Shown here piece after piece: positions 1 through 14,800 of a stretch of 64,000 nt of DNA (position 1 is the stretch's first letter; the number at the start of each line of letters is the position of its first letter). This stretch comes from Ophelia neglecta (taxonomy: Eukaryota), in assembly GCA_965285935.1 (NCBI GenBank), contig OZ260664.1, forward strand, positions 19,468,001 through 19,532,000. Direction: 5' to 3'. A program made the position numbers and the translations under genes. The notes beneath the pieces are model-generated. The model was not told the DNA's origin. It searched no databases and was given only the letters and a program-made list of their open reading frames with translations.

Positions 1-1385
1 AATATCCAGCTTTTTAGCATGATATTTAAGAGAAACTCTCGTGTAAGATAATTTCATTTATCAAAGACCGAACATAAGAACCACACAAGCGAGTAAAGCC
101 AATCATTTGTCATTCCTATTGATAAATTCAAATGCGTCTGCTTGAAAATCATTCATTCGAGTATTTAATCGATGAAACCACAGGCAAAACCGTTAAGGCG
201 GTAAATATGTCAGAGTTTATTGAACCCAGCAAAACATAAAGTTTAATTGAAACGAAATAAATTGCAGGCGTCTACAGAGCCTTTGTACTTTTCAATTTGG
301 TTTATCGGTTCATTTTATTTTTACAAAATCACTCAGTAAAATTTCCAAGCTAATCAATAACAAACAGTGCTGAATATGGAAATTGCTTTTAATCAAAGAA
401 TGTCATTGCTGTGCTTAAATGACTAATTGATGAATAAACCCAGGATTTAATTACCTGAATATTAAGAAGAAACAGGACGCATAGGAAAAGAATTGTTTAG
501 CATTTTGTAAAAGATCAAAGAGTGTAATAAAGTCAGAGAGTAAATGGCATGTACTCAAACGATTTGCCTCTAAGAATGAAAGCTTTGATTGTTTTTTTCT
601 TTAGTAGATTAATACATCAGTTTGTTCGACAACAGAGAAGTGCATAGAACCTGATTTTATCACCTGGTTTTCTAGCCTTTCTAAAGCATAGAGATAGTTA
701 GCAAAAAGTCCTCATTTCTTCCAGACTGTTTCAGCTGCATCCTGTCATCTCGTATATATTTCATCGGTTGTTGAACATAGTCTGGTCATTAAGAACGTAT
801 TTTGTTCTTCTCTGCGCTTTCATCGTGCATTTTAACTAAAACATATTTTTATAGCAAAATGTTAATTTGTGCCTTTTAAGATTGTACTTAGTAAGGTTTC
901 AGAAATAACGCCAATCATGTTGGTTTGACAATATTCCGTCCAGGTTTAATACATATAATGGCTTCCTACAGGACACCAGACACCCAGAGCAAAATCATTA
1001 AGTCAGACCTGCCAATCAAATCGACCCGAAATCATCAGGAGCAATCAGGATCGTGCCTCTACAATGCGGACGCATTTTATAGTAGCCTCTTGAGTATCGA
1101 CCTTGCGAAGGCTGCCGGCTATTCAGTCTCGTCGCAGTGTATATTATAGATCGTAACACTATAAAAAAGGTATAATCGCTAAACAGACAGGTGGATGATG
1201 TGCTAAAATACAGTTAAAAGAATAGAATAAGGGAATGCTGCCCATCAACGGTCTAAGTAGCAATAGCAGAAATGTGAACGTGTTCAGTGTATTTTTATTT
1301 TGTCACTTATGCTAATTTCATGGAACTCTTCTTTGAATTCAATTGAGACTTTATATGAGCTTGGTCGATTTTGCTATCCATGAAC

Positions 1386-1635
1386 GAGGAAAATTAATTT
1401 ATGGAAAATCGAAATCATAACTTTGTTACAAAACGTGAAAATAAAAGGCTATTTTGGGCTTTGAAGAAACATAAATATAAATAAGAACTCCCATTGGCGC
1501 TGTCGTTGGTGTTTTTTCATTCTAAACATGGTGGATACATTTCACCACTTATTGTCGGAAGTAGGCCTTTTTGTCATTTTGTCATTAAAAGAAAATAAAT
1601 CATCTGTATATCTAAATGAAGAAGAAAATTCCTGG
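1386..1635 (+). repeat. Dispersed repeat family B, copy 1
   Basis: Collinear blocks shared with 26028-26260: GAAAATCGAAATCAT, TATTTTGGGCTTT, GCTGTC, GGTGGATA-ATTTCAC, TCGGAAGTA. Confidence 0.7.
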
Positions 1636-2052
1636 CTATGTTCAACTTGTCACCCTGACGTAGCAACGGAAAGTAAGAAAGATGCTTAAGTCACTAGCAG
1701 TTTAAAGAGTACACTGCACACGGTGAACTTCTTGTGTTTACGGGGCCGATGTCTTATCACCATGTATAACTACCCATCACTATGTAGGGTGCCGCAATTA
1801 GCCTAGCAAATGTATAGGGTTCGCGCTGGTTCATGTATCTGCTTAGGAAAACAAGTAATTACAGGTTGCCAGCAATATATATTTGGTGAAAAGCATATTT
1901 GGGGGAATTACAAACTTGTCATACTTAGTTTCAATTACATCAACCAAATACATGACAATCAGCAAACTCTACAAAGGTTTTAATTTTCCTTTCATTGTAA
2001 ATAACAAATATTCCATAACACCAGTTAAAAAAAAAATATAGCTTTGATAATT

Positions 2053-2073
2053 TTTATTTGTCAACCATTTATT
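2053..2073 (-). terminator. Candidate polyadenylation signals of the receptor gene
   Basis: Two AATAAA on the minus strand (2068-2073, 2053-2058) about 160-180 nt past the stop, followed by a U-run (plus-strand A-run near 2027-2036). Confidence 0.45.
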
Positions 2074-2230
2074 CACAAGCACATATTATCTTTCGTGGCA
2101 CTTGAGTGTCAGAATGGTCGATATATATACTTTTTGAGACCCCGTTATATACCTCTGCTGAAAAGCACCAATTATGCTGGTTAGCACCATTATCGCCGAT
2201 ATGCGCTTTGTATAGCAAATATTATTTCCG

Positions 2231-2840
2231 TTACACGTACGATACGTCCATTTCAATTTCACCAAGGGCCTTAAGTTCTCGTTGTATCTTTGAGAGTTCC
2301 CGTTTGAGAATTCGTGTCTTCACTTTATTAGATATGTTTGATTTAGTGCCCTTATCTTCATACCCACCTTGCAACTCGGTGGGACTTTTTGCACAAGCGC
2401 CACCTTCAACTTCCCATCGAGTGTCTATAGGTTGAAGTTCGAACACAGTGGCATTACCTGATGTGGATATGTTAGGGCATGACGTACCCTGCTTCCATTG
2501 GCTGCATACATCGGCCTCACTTTCGTCGACCAATAAGGAACGTCGTTCCTCGTGGCTTCCATCACTGTTTGATTGTCGCCGTGTGTATCCCAAGGTGACT
2601 GATCTGGCCAAAGCTGAGTCTACGCTGTGTCCTCTAGGAAACTGTTTATCACAATCAATATCCGGAGGAGGTTTTAGAGCGGCATTTTCCTCCTCAACAG
2701 TTTTGAAATTTTGGTTTTTAAATGACATTGTGTGGAATCCAGAGTCTTTTTTCTCTAGTTTTTGTTTCTCGACGAGATAGCTGGGGTCAATTTCAGGAAG
2801 ATCGGTGGCAACATCATCAGCATCGGTGATGGAGTCGCAC
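2231..2840 (-). CDS. GABA-B-R3: GABA-B-R3-like terminal coding exon 17 (disordered C-tail)
   Basis: cttag|G-TGC continues phase 2 into the frame of ORF 2231..2728; ends ...EMDVSYV-TAA. Confidence 0.83.
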
Positions 2841-5800
2841 CTAAGTAATGTTAAATAAATATCAATTAAGATAAGCGAAAATATATATTAGTTTCATTGG
2901 TTGGCAGAACCGCTATCTTACTTATATGTAGTATAAATAAAAATACTCTAATAATATTAGTCCTAAATTGGATTGACATTAAATTAACGTTAAATCATGA
3001 GCCTTACTTCTCCATCTCGGCCCTCTGTTCACGCACTGTGTGGGGAGGGTTTTGCTCTTGGGACTCAGGAAGAAGATAAATCAGCTCGTTGGTAATTTGC
3101 GAATAGGGTTGTAGAGGCATTTCTAATAGACGCTCAAGTCGAATAATTTGCTGTTCCAGCTGAAGCAAAAACGACAATAGAGTCAAAAGTAATAAATTCA
3201 AGTTCCTTTCCACTGAAACAATGGTTAACCATATAAGTCCAATTACGGCCTTAAAACAACAACCTGCCATGCTATGCTGACGACTTTTTTCAAACATATA
3301 TGTCTTTGGTGGTCAAAATAACATCGGATACATACATAACCTACTAGAATAATTATTTTTAGAATCACGCTGAATACACTTGTTGACGTGTTTAAGTGAT
3401 AGCCTCAATAATAGTAGAAGACATTCGTCCAACTACAGCTATCAATTTCTGTGATTTGTTAAAGTTGCCTTACCAATAGGTGCTCCCGTTTATACACCCT
3501 ATTCTGTACTTCTGCCCTGTAGTGCAGCTCCCGTTTCTCGTCTAGGACAAATCGCCGAGTGTTGGCTTCCATATGCAATCCAGAGGACGTGATTACTGGG
3601 TTACCATCATGTCGCACTATCGCATATATCTATGAATACATAATATTAACGAAATGGCGGTTGAATGTTGTTCATTTTTTGCATTGTGCCAAATGTTTGT
3701 GTCTAAGACAGTCACTGTTTGAATAAAAAAAACGAAATAAAAGCTTTAGAGATGTCTGTCAATACTCCTTGGTGTACCTACTTTGGGTAGGAAGAGCAGA
3801 CATAGCATGCCGGTTGTAGATAGTAGGATGAAGGCAGATACCACAGTGTAGCTGAGCGTTGGTCGGTCAGACAGCACGTTAGAGAGCGCCACTACCGTGA
3901 TACTGGACAACACCACGTTATAGATGTTCATACCAATATACTGAGAATCATTTAGGGCGGGGATCTTCACGTGGCGAGTTTCCCACGCCATGTAGACGCC
4001 GAATAGGAGCAGTACACCCTTGTAGGCATACATGACGCCCATCCAGACCCATATGTGGCCTGAGTGACACTGTGACAGCTGTGGGATGTACAGAAGGTCT
4101 GTGTTCTTCGTCGAGACCTGTACAGTGATAACTATATCGGTCTTCAATATCAAAGAATTAATCTAGTTTACCTAGTGATTTCCCTGATTGGACTGCTATC
4201 GAACTATTTGCCATTGCACGCTTTAAAACACCTACTTAGTCATAGGTTGTGTTATATATCTAGCTTATAATGATCAATATAAATGTTGGCCTGTAAACAA
4301 CATGTTTTTGAAAGTTCAGACTTACTTCCTCAGTAAAGTTGCTTATTTTTCTTTCCATCGGGTCGATAAAAACCCAGAGCACCATAAGCAGGGTATCAAC
4401 CACTATCAGAGCGAATATGATGAATAACAACTGCTTGTCACGCAGTAACTGAAGGAAAAGCAATGTATCATTGGGTCATGTTTTGTAATAAAATGAGAGA
4501 TAGAATATTTTCATTTGTTTTAAGTATACAGTGAAACCTGCCTTAAATACCACCTCTATATTCAGATCACCTGGCAATAAATAATATATAATGTAAAATA
4601 ACCTGTCTAAACAGAGCACCTCCAAAATCAGACCAATATTTCCCAGTCCCTTGGGTGGTCTCATATCACAGGTTTCATTGTATGTAGTCATATAACCACT
4701 AATTTTTCATACGACTGTCAAGATTATTATATGTCTTATAATGTGTTATATGTATGTCATCGTGTCCAAACCTTTAACGACATTCTTTGAGAAGTCTTTT
4801 CACGCATTATGCTAAGTGATCTGGAATGTTTGGTCATGACTGAACATGATAAGAGCTTGACAAGTACCTTGCTTTTCACCAGGCCAGTATGACAACCACG
4901 GAAGATCTGGTGAACACGATATGTTTTTGTGAACATCGCCCCGAACGCCAGGGAAAATCCGGCTGCCAGCAAGTACGCTCGCACCTGGCAAGTTTTATAC
5001 AGAGAAGGGTTGTGGTAATTGGAAACAAAATGCTCTAATCGTTCATTGTACACAGGGAAAAGCAAAAGTCATACGAAGTAAATACATTTGAATGTAAAAA
5101 TACAGTATATGATATTTTCTAGATATTTTGTTGTGTATTCCGTTGCGCCTTGAAATGGAGGTCATTCGTTTACTTAATTTACTTAGCCAATGGAATGATG
5201 TAAGTTACTGTTAGTTTACGTTTCCCTTGACAACGCATATCAGTGCGACTTACGGAGCAGACGATGAAGTATTCGAATTCCTGTGTTATATCATCAAAGC
5301 CTAGAATAATGACCGCCGTATACACCAGAATGCATCCAATTACAGCCACGTTATTCAGTTTAGGGCTAGACAATTTTATGTATCTGAAAAGTTAAAACAA
5401 ACTTAACTTCAATCAGGCAGAGTGGTTTGTAAGAAGATATGCTGCCAGTGCAACGATGGCATGGCACAATTGTCAGTCAGGCCTATAAAAGTGTTATTTT
5501 GCCAAATCAGATCGTGGTCTTTCCGTTTATTGAGTCGGCATGGCGTTATTTACTCTCATTTCCTATGCCATTTTGCAAAATACTTTTACAATTCACCGTT
5601 ATCCCTTTTGCCTTTGTGTGAACTCACAGTCGAACAGTGCTGATTTTTTGTCTATCAGAGTGAATAACTGGCATTTGATCGGAATTCTTGCATTGGGTGT
5701 TTTCATCGAGATTGAGTTACCAAGAAGAAAGATTGCTTCAAAGTTTCCAATAAAATTTGGCCAAATACTAAATGTTTGGCAGTTGTTTAGAAGTATTCTA

Positions 5801-8800
5801 TTTGAAGCAGCCCGTATCCATGCCACTTTTTGATTGAGGCTGATCTATTCAAATGTCATTAATGATACGATTACTGGTAATGGTGCAAGAGAAGCTGTAC
5901 CGTTGATTCTTCCTAGCAAGATGTTTTTGAAAACCAGTATTACAGTCTTAAACTTTCCCTCGAATAATCAGGTTTTTTCATACATCTTTAATGAAAACAT
6001 TACATAACACACCAGCCGTGGGTGTTATCCTCGACAAGCTTATTTTATGGAATAACATGATATGTTGGGATAAAATTCTTTGTCAAGCCGAATGTTCCGA
6101 CCGCGTCCAAGGATTCTGCTTCACCATGCAATATACCAACGGCCAATTGATAAAATATAGCTCTCAAGGTTAAACTGTTCTACATACTTTAGCCTCCAGT
6201 GCCACAAGTTGAAGGCGAGAAAGAAGATGGCCAATGCAATGCCCACAGCACTGATCGCACACACGATATAGAACGCCTCCTGGTGGATGTGCTGCTCTCT
6301 GATCACCCTGGTGTACTTGTCTGCTGGAATTCTGCCACCTGTGTGCGAAAGGACGGGGATTTTAATGATATTTCAACACCGACACATGAACTTCCAGCTG
6401 GCGGTTTCTGTTTATTTGTATTGGGTTCAGGCCGAAACCTGGCCTGGGGTCGTATTATTTGTTTAAGGCAGAAGGGGGGGGGGGGGGGCTTTGAACAAAT
6501 TACCCATCCCCCCCCCTCTCCCCATCGCAACAGGGCTTGGACGCAAAACTATTATGCGTTTCTTCTTGTTCCGTAGGATCAGTACTTATTGTTAAAATAT
6601 TTCCGTAAACGTGTTTTTAAAAATGATGGAATTTTCTAATACAGTAGCTTGTAGTATGAATTCGAGGAAATAGGCGCATTATTCGGTGCTTACGAGAATA
6701 GACATGTTTCATCCAAAGTTATGCAAAAACTAAAACTGCGAATACTATAATTATGAATGTAAGATAATGATTTTAAGCAAATCGTAGGCTTGGCGTGAAT
6801 CTTCACATTACCTTTCCATGTGATCGTTTTGCATCCAGGGCATCTGTCGTCCAATGTGTTGTTATCTGGATAATATAGACCAATTCTAACCTGCTCCCCA
6901 CCTGCAGAAAAAGAAATACAAAAGTCTATAAAAACGGAGCATTTATTTTTACTGAAGAAACCTATGTTATTTCATAAATCCTCTTTCGTTGATTAACTGG
7001 ATTTCTGAACACAGGATGCCTTTTGTTCAGCAATTTATTCACGCCGATGGCTTGTGAAACCCATATTAATGTAAACTAATATTTTCGGTTTATAGACATT
7101 TGAAGATTTAACGAGCTCAGACCGAACCAATGAATCTAGATATACGCTCCCCTCTCTGTGACTGCACTGAATTGCCCAGCCTAAAAATTTGTCATCCACA
7201 AATATGGTTTCCTCTTGCTCTTAATTTGCGTTCTTTTGATTCAGGACCAGAATATTAATCCATCAGAAATAGTTCAGAACTAATGGACAACCTTTTTATG
7301 AAGCTCCAACCAAGATTGCTTTGACACATCCTAATAAATATAACACGTACATCGTGGTAGTCGCTGATTCACCATGTCCCATTTTCAAAGCTCCATTTAG
7401 TGCCATGACCTAACAGATTTCTACAAAATGCATGGACTTAGTTCTCGTTCACTTATTGGGTTATATGTCATCTCTATATTGGCCAACACAAGCCCAGTGA
7501 ACGCCTTATACAAGGGCCAGTTTCTCGTCTAGCGATTATGTAACTGCTTTTGTCCATCTGACAGGCATGAGCAGATATCTGTTCAAAGCTGTTGCATTGT
7601 GATAGTTCAAATATTACAATGTTTCGAATGCATTATTATATCCAATGTTTCGCTTACCCTGATTCTGCTGTAGCATTGTGACGCCACGCCTATCCGGCCC
7701 ATCAAACGATACCGGGCCCTTAAACATACACAATTTTAATTGTAATTCGGTCAAAAACATTAATATTGTGATATGCTACAAAATTCAGGGAATAAATATC
7801 ACGGGACAACAAAAGTCGATACCTTGCAGACAAGGCAGAATCGTTAATCAGGAAATTAGAAGCAAGTCAACTAAGTCGATCCAAAATCACAAGGAACATT
7901 CACCTTCATATTTTTTAATATACTAATGTCGATAATCATAATTATTTCGTCTGTGTAACTAGATATCACTATCATATTTGCAAGAAGATTAACTACACTT
8001 TCCTTGCAAGTCATTACTGTAAATTCATTACGAATAAACATTTACCGAGACGCCCATAAATTCCAGATTGCCCAAAATCTTTCCAAAGGTGTAGGCCATG
8101 TGCTGGCTATCTGTGTAGGAATATTTCGTCAGGTTCAGCTCGAGCGTTGGATGTTTCCACATGGTCATGGCGTTCCTTAGCGTGTAGGCCACGGTCCACA
8201 CACTATCATAGGTTAGCTGGGTGAACACGCTGCGGCGGGACGTCGCATTCAGCGCCTCATAGGCCTCCAGAAACTCTTCAGTCGTCTGAGATTACACAGA
8301 GTTATATAATGGAACCCTTACTCCAGGCATATTCTATGGCGTTGCTCTGTTAAGCTATTTTATCCCAGCTATTGAACAGCCATAGGCGGCACTAGCTTAA
8401 TGTTAAATACCTTTCCAATCGAAAACATTGATCATTAAAGAGTTACCTTGACCTTCAATCGAGGCCAAAGAATGCTTCAGTTAGCTAAAATCTTTAGAAA
8501 TCGATTGCTAAACGGATGGCAGAACTCAACTATGAACGTTTGATTGTTTTCGGAATGACATATGACCTGGAATTAATGCACATCAAGCAACACTTTTTGC
8601 AAGAATGCATAATCGGCCTCTTGTTCACTATATCGAGCGAAAAGCGTTAAGCAAATGTATTTGTGGCAACAGAAATGTTCAAAACGTTGCATTGAGTAAT
8701 TTAGTTCAATTGAGAACAGGGTTAGATATGACAAAGATAGTATTTCATAAAAACAACATGACCTGGAAAGCAATTGTAGGTCAACAATGTTAAAATAAAT

Positions 8801-11800
8801 CATATGAGCTCCGATAATGATAAAACTTAAGTCTGAAAGAAGAACGTTTTTTCGAAATAATGATTCATTTAACAGCGAAGAGTAAACATATTGTTGTTTT
8901 AACCTTTCATCGATGAACAAAATCAGATGATTTACATTAAGTTACTAAAACATATTCAGATATCCCGAGGATAAAAATGTAAATCATCAAAATACTTACA
9001 AGTCCTGCTATAGAGCGCCCTCCTCCAATTATACTGTTAAAACTGTCAACAGCAAAATACCCGTCAACAGCTTGGGCCAGTTCGGCTACCGAACAGTTTG
9101 TTTTTCCGTCGGTCCACCACTGTCTCGTATACCATCCCAGTAGCATCCAGACATAACGAGGTCCATACATACCCAAATGGTAGGCCTATTGCGAAAAGCG
9201 CAATTAGCGTCTCTCGCACAAATACCATTTAACAAACAGTTGTATCATAATTGAGTCAATGGAATATTGTCTAGATCAATATTCTCTCCTACCTCACAAA
9301 ATACTTCCCTGGCAATGTCTTCTTGAAAGCTGCCAATGATAATGCGAGCATCTGATTCCTGAGAATAGAAAACAAGGAAAACTTTTACTTGTTTGGTTCC
9401 TAGCGCAGACTGTTCGTTTAGCAGATTAACACGTACGAAGTCAATATAAGCTGGGTCAGTTTACCTTGAGCAGTTCCATTTGTAAATGGAGATCTTCCCC
9501 TTTGGTTCTGAAGGTCAATGTCGCTTTGACATTTATGTTGACTTTGTCGAAATCTTTGTTCATTTCGTTCATTGCCTTGGTTGTATGATTGGAATGTATA
9601 ATATCATTCATTTCTGACCTCGGACGACAGACAATACAATACAGTCGATACAATATTGACTGTTATCTATGTTTTCGACATTATATGTCTGAGACGAGCA
9701 ATATTTGTCTAATATTCCCTACCGTTGGTTTGCCTTGTAGTAAAGCAGTAATCAAGCGAATGAGTATTATATTATCTAAATATCTAGGTTTAGTTTCGTA
9801 TCCACAATATAGAGATACAAATCTTTACCCTTACCTTACAGATTACATATGAATTCATATTAGATATCATTATTATGTCCCAAGTTTTAAAGCAAATTGC
9901 GGCAGGAATGAACCATAAGAACTTAATCTGGAATTTTGTCTCAGGATTATTAACCTAAGATTTCTGGGTTTTGTTTTTAAATTGAATGTCTAACGGCGCA
10001 TGTTCTTACCAGTGAAAACGTTTCATCATCTTCATGTATTGTTGCCACTGTATTCCATCCAAAGTGCTCAATAAATTTCTGTCTCGCTGCATTGTGGGAA
10101 GAGTCCGCTGGTGCTAGGCGGTAAAATGTCGGGTACCTTTCTCGATCGCTCAACGCAGGAGAAACGGCAGCATGTGACACCTGCGAACAGTATTAAAATC
10201 GTGTATGAGCGGGATAAGAAAATTGAAAAGCTTCAATAAAAAGTATAGCCAGTTTTTAAGGTTCACGTTTTAATTATTCCATTGACTGTTATTAGTTCAG
10301 AGAGCTCTAACAGTATGCTCTGGCTTCAAACAAGAGTACGTCTCTGCAATTTCAGAGTTGGTATGTATTTTTTCATTGATTAATATAATTCATTCAAAGT
10401 GTCTTCGTAATGTGTGATTTGTCATCATACTTTCACTGGTATTCCTAATATTTCCCAAATAAAATGGCAAGTACAGTCTTATTTTTCTTCTGTGTCTGCT
10501 ATTCGGAGCAACGTGCTTTTCTCCTTTTTCTTATAATTCCCTGTCGCTAAGTTTCTTTTCATATTTTCGCCAAGTAAAATCGGTATTAAGATTACAAAAC
10601 AGCAAAGCATTACAAATTTACTGTAAAACATCTCCAGTACTCAGAGAAGTAGATAGACAAATTTGCCGGAGTTCGTATTAGTGTGACTGGAGAATGGATG
10701 TAGATCACACGGAGTGTTATTCAAGACAAATTTCGACATGCAGTGATTGATCGACACTCAATCATACTTCATTCTGTTAAGAAGCCAATCAAGTGTCCTG
10801 CAAATATTGGAAAGATCACACAACACACAATTCACTCTCCCTGAATCCGTAGTTATGCAGGAAAATAAATTAGGAAATGTCGTCTTCTAACAGGCATAGT
10901 TTTCTTTTAAACCCATATAATAAACAAGGGTGGCGCTACAGAGAGCGAACAACAGTTCACACTAAAATGTCTTCCCAATACAGCCTTCGCACCGATTATA
11001 TTCGGAAGCCAAAAGCATACTATATCGACCGAGGTAAAGAAAATGAAACATTGCACAAAAGAAGGCATATTATTGTTTCCCTGGTCGGTCGCAGGGATAA
11101 GGTTACGACAAAGTACACCAAACATTCTGGAACTGGTTTAATAAAACAATGTTAAAATTTTTTTTATTATGTCACCTGTTGTGTTATTCGTTCATGGTAT
11201 TCTCACAGTCTACGCTCGCCTCAAGGCTCAAAGATGAAAAACGTATCTGCATAATCGGAATTTTTATGCACTCTGTTTTGTGTTATGATCAGAGTACCTA
11301 TTACAGTATGTTCAGTACGTTTAAGTGCAATTTGTGAGATCCTTTCTCACATACATGTAATTGGAACGATTGATAAATGAGCCTCTGCTTTATACGGAAA
11401 CATATACACTGACACGAAAATAAAAACCCCATCCAACATATGAGATTTTTTGTAAAGGTGGTAGATATTTCAAGCATCTTCCCACTCAGTTCTATGGCTT
11501 CAAAAGCTAATAAAATCAGACCTGGTGGTGAATTAAATCAAATGTATATATTTTTGCCTTTACCTTATCCGACATGTGTAGGTTTTGAATAGAATAATAT
11601 CGCTTTTAGCTGTGTTATATGATCCAATTTCAATGTGTATCAGTTGACTGATATATAATCAATAAATAAGTCACTTCTGAGATTCTGGTAAAGTATAACC
11701 CATTTCATTTTTGCAAAACATTTACCCTTACTCGGCGAACAGAAGTCCAGACACAAAGGGAAATTGATCACCTGGCTCTGTATCGGCCTGTTTGTCGAAT

Positions 11801-14800
11801 AGGGGTATTGGGATTATAGAACGGCATTTAAAATTGTCAGTAGAACGTGTTGCAAGACCGTGTTTCATTCAAATCGCAGCACAAATTATACAGAAAAAAA
11901 AGCAGTAAGTTTTAGACGAACCATAGTTTGAATCAAATTATTTGATATTGAAACGGGAGTTCAAATCCAATCAAATGAAGACGCGTATCAATTTACTAAA
12001 TATTTCTTCCACTGCTTTGAGAACGTACCATCACTACACGGTGAAGCACAGCGGTTTTTCCACATAATTACATTTAATGCCTGCATGCTCTACACCGGGG
12101 CAGAGAAGTATGATAGGGCACGCCAAAGTTTTCCTGATAATCCCTTTACTCAGCCAAAGTCCACGCAACATATTCAAAAAAATCCATATAAGTATTCGGT
12201 AATCGATCACAGGATACCTTTCACTGTCAACTAAGCCGTTGTTCTTTGCTCATGACATGCCTGACATCGGACCTCTATCGACAAAATCAGCCACGTGGCC
12301 TTCAGGCGGTCACGAGGGCAGACAGACTAGGCTACTGATAAAATACCACATGGTGGCTCAACTCCCGGAAGATTCTCGGCTGAAAGGCCAAGTAATCTCC
12401 AAAAAGATCATGCTCGTTCATACAGGCGCTGTCCAACTACAATGAGTGGACTGTCAAAGTCCTCATAGTGTATATGGAATTTGAGAAAAACAAAAAACAG
12501 CTAACATACTGCGTTCGGGACTGCAACAAAGAAAGTAAATTAGTAAAACATACTGCCTTCCGGACGGCGATAGCTTTAGTAAACTAGTGAATGATACTGT
12601 CTTCGGGACGGCACCATCGTTAGTAAACTAGTGAAACATATTGTCTGTGGACGGCAATAGCGATAGAAAACCGGTGGAGCATAGTGCCTCCTGGTAGATA
12701 GAAGGACAGGCAAACACATTTACGATGGTCATTGTATGTTTTCAAACTTAGGGGTGAAAACGACTGAACGAGCGGAGGCTACCACACAGGACACCACTTT
12801 ATAAGCAAACCATTTAATATAAACAACAAAAATATATTTGCTAATATGATAAGAAATAATGTTGTAACAGGCCTACGAAAATGAGAGCCTGTCTTGTATT
12901 ATCCCTGTTTTGAATGCTACATATATCGTATTTATTACGATCCTTTTAAATCTTGGGGTTTAACAACATCGTTTCATTAAGTGCACGTGACAAGAAGGGA
13001 CCAATCATCATGCGATAACAATGAACACGAAATTATATTAATAATTCTTATACATTTATATTCTATATAAGTCGGAAGACAGTGTTACATATGTTGCGGA
13101 AAATAAGTAATAATGATTATCAGGTGATTTATGGGCAATGATGTTTAAATAGCGACTAACAAGATGTATTCGTGGGGCACTTAAACCCCTTAACAACTTG
13201 CCTGGACGCGTCAATATCCCGGGCAGCTATAGGCAGAACAACTGTGCGGTTCTTAGGCCTTTGGAGGTGTTCTGCCTATACTTCACATACACATTTTTAA
13301 TACCAAAATAATTTGCTCTTTGTCGCTTAGGAAACAAAGTGTAAGCTGGTTATTTATACAGTTATAGAGACTGTGATTGATACTCACCATAAGTAGGTTC
13401 CAATAATGCACGATCTCGGCCAATGTTTTAGTCACTTCCGAACACGATGTTCCAATCAGCATGACCAGCTGGGGTTTACGATAAATGAAATCATAAAACG
13501 CATCCGCTCCGTAGCCCGGGTCACACTGCAACGAGAGCAAAATCATTAGAGCAAGACAATACTGCTTTCTCTGATGTGATCAGGGGGTTACGTTTTGTAC
13601 TTGCAAATACTGGTAGCCGCAGCTAATGCTTTTTCGCAATGCTGGATCGGGGGTTCATTTTTCCCAATTTGACCACGAACATAATACGTTGCATTACGCA
13701 TGCATCTGATTGAGTTGGTACCCTGGCTAAATGAAACCAAACAATAAATAATAAGCAAATATACCATACTCCGTAGCTTCTATAAATACTTCGAGAATCG
13801 ATCATTGAGCTTAAGTGCTCTTCTTTTGCCGACACACCAGGAACATTACAAGACCCCATACGGTGTATACAATTTCATAAAATAATGCCAAATTAGTTGC
13901 ATTTGCTAATGTATTTCTCTGACACAACCAGTGCGCTTTCTTTTATAAAAAGGAAGGTGCTGGTTGTTAGTGTATATTTGAATCATCCTTCCCACTTATA
14001 TTATTTGAGGTTCTATCCCCTCCTGCTCGAGGTGATCTAGGCCTCCATATCCCTGGATACACCGGTAATCGGACTTGCCAGGCACACAAAAACGGTCCTT
14101 TGTATTTTCCTTTTTACAGGCACACTACTGAATTGTTTTAAACAAAAACCTCCGAAAAGGACCTTTCAATTGAAGAGCTGCGTGACCGGAATTTCGTAGA
14201 TGGCCCCGAATGGTAAAATGGTCATTTCGAATGAAGCCGTTAGGTTTTGCCTACCAGCAATATGTCGTTCCTCATGAATGGTATGACAGCTCATATGGTA
14301 CTTCACCTTCCACTCTGACAGAAGTGTTGTAATATCAACTGCAGGATTACATCACTATAAGTTACTTTATGTGATTTCACATGCGAAGATTTAAAACAGT
14401 TCAAGCAATGCAAAATACCTGATGTACACTGGCCTATGATTTATACTAAATATAGAAATTAAAATAGAACAGTTCAATTCGTACGTGTCAGACATAAAGC
14501 AGCAATCAATTGATGTGTTAACCTAGAGCGTCACCAATCACGGCTGCAACACATTCTCGTATGAATTTCATTTGGATATAGAGTGATTACACCAAGAAAT
14601 CGTTGCCAACGTGGCTTCTTGTCAAACTAAACAGCTAGCATTCAACCGGGGACGTTTATGATAATAAGATATGAAATTAGATTGAATCCGTTTCAAGTAC
14701 ACGTGCATGCATGACGGATTGTGATGAATGCAGGCCGATCGGGGACATGCTTCCTGATTAATCCTTCTGGATTTTCTGCTGGTATCCACCTCTATTTCAA

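Noticed and set aside
2106-2780. Plus-strand ORFs 2106-2435 and 2448-2780
   Set aside because: Antisense shadows of the terminal receptor exon.
12503-12694. Regularly spaced repeats resembling a CRISPR array
   Set aside because: Whole 44-bp units are similar with no unique spacers, no cas genes, and the context is a eukaryotic intron.
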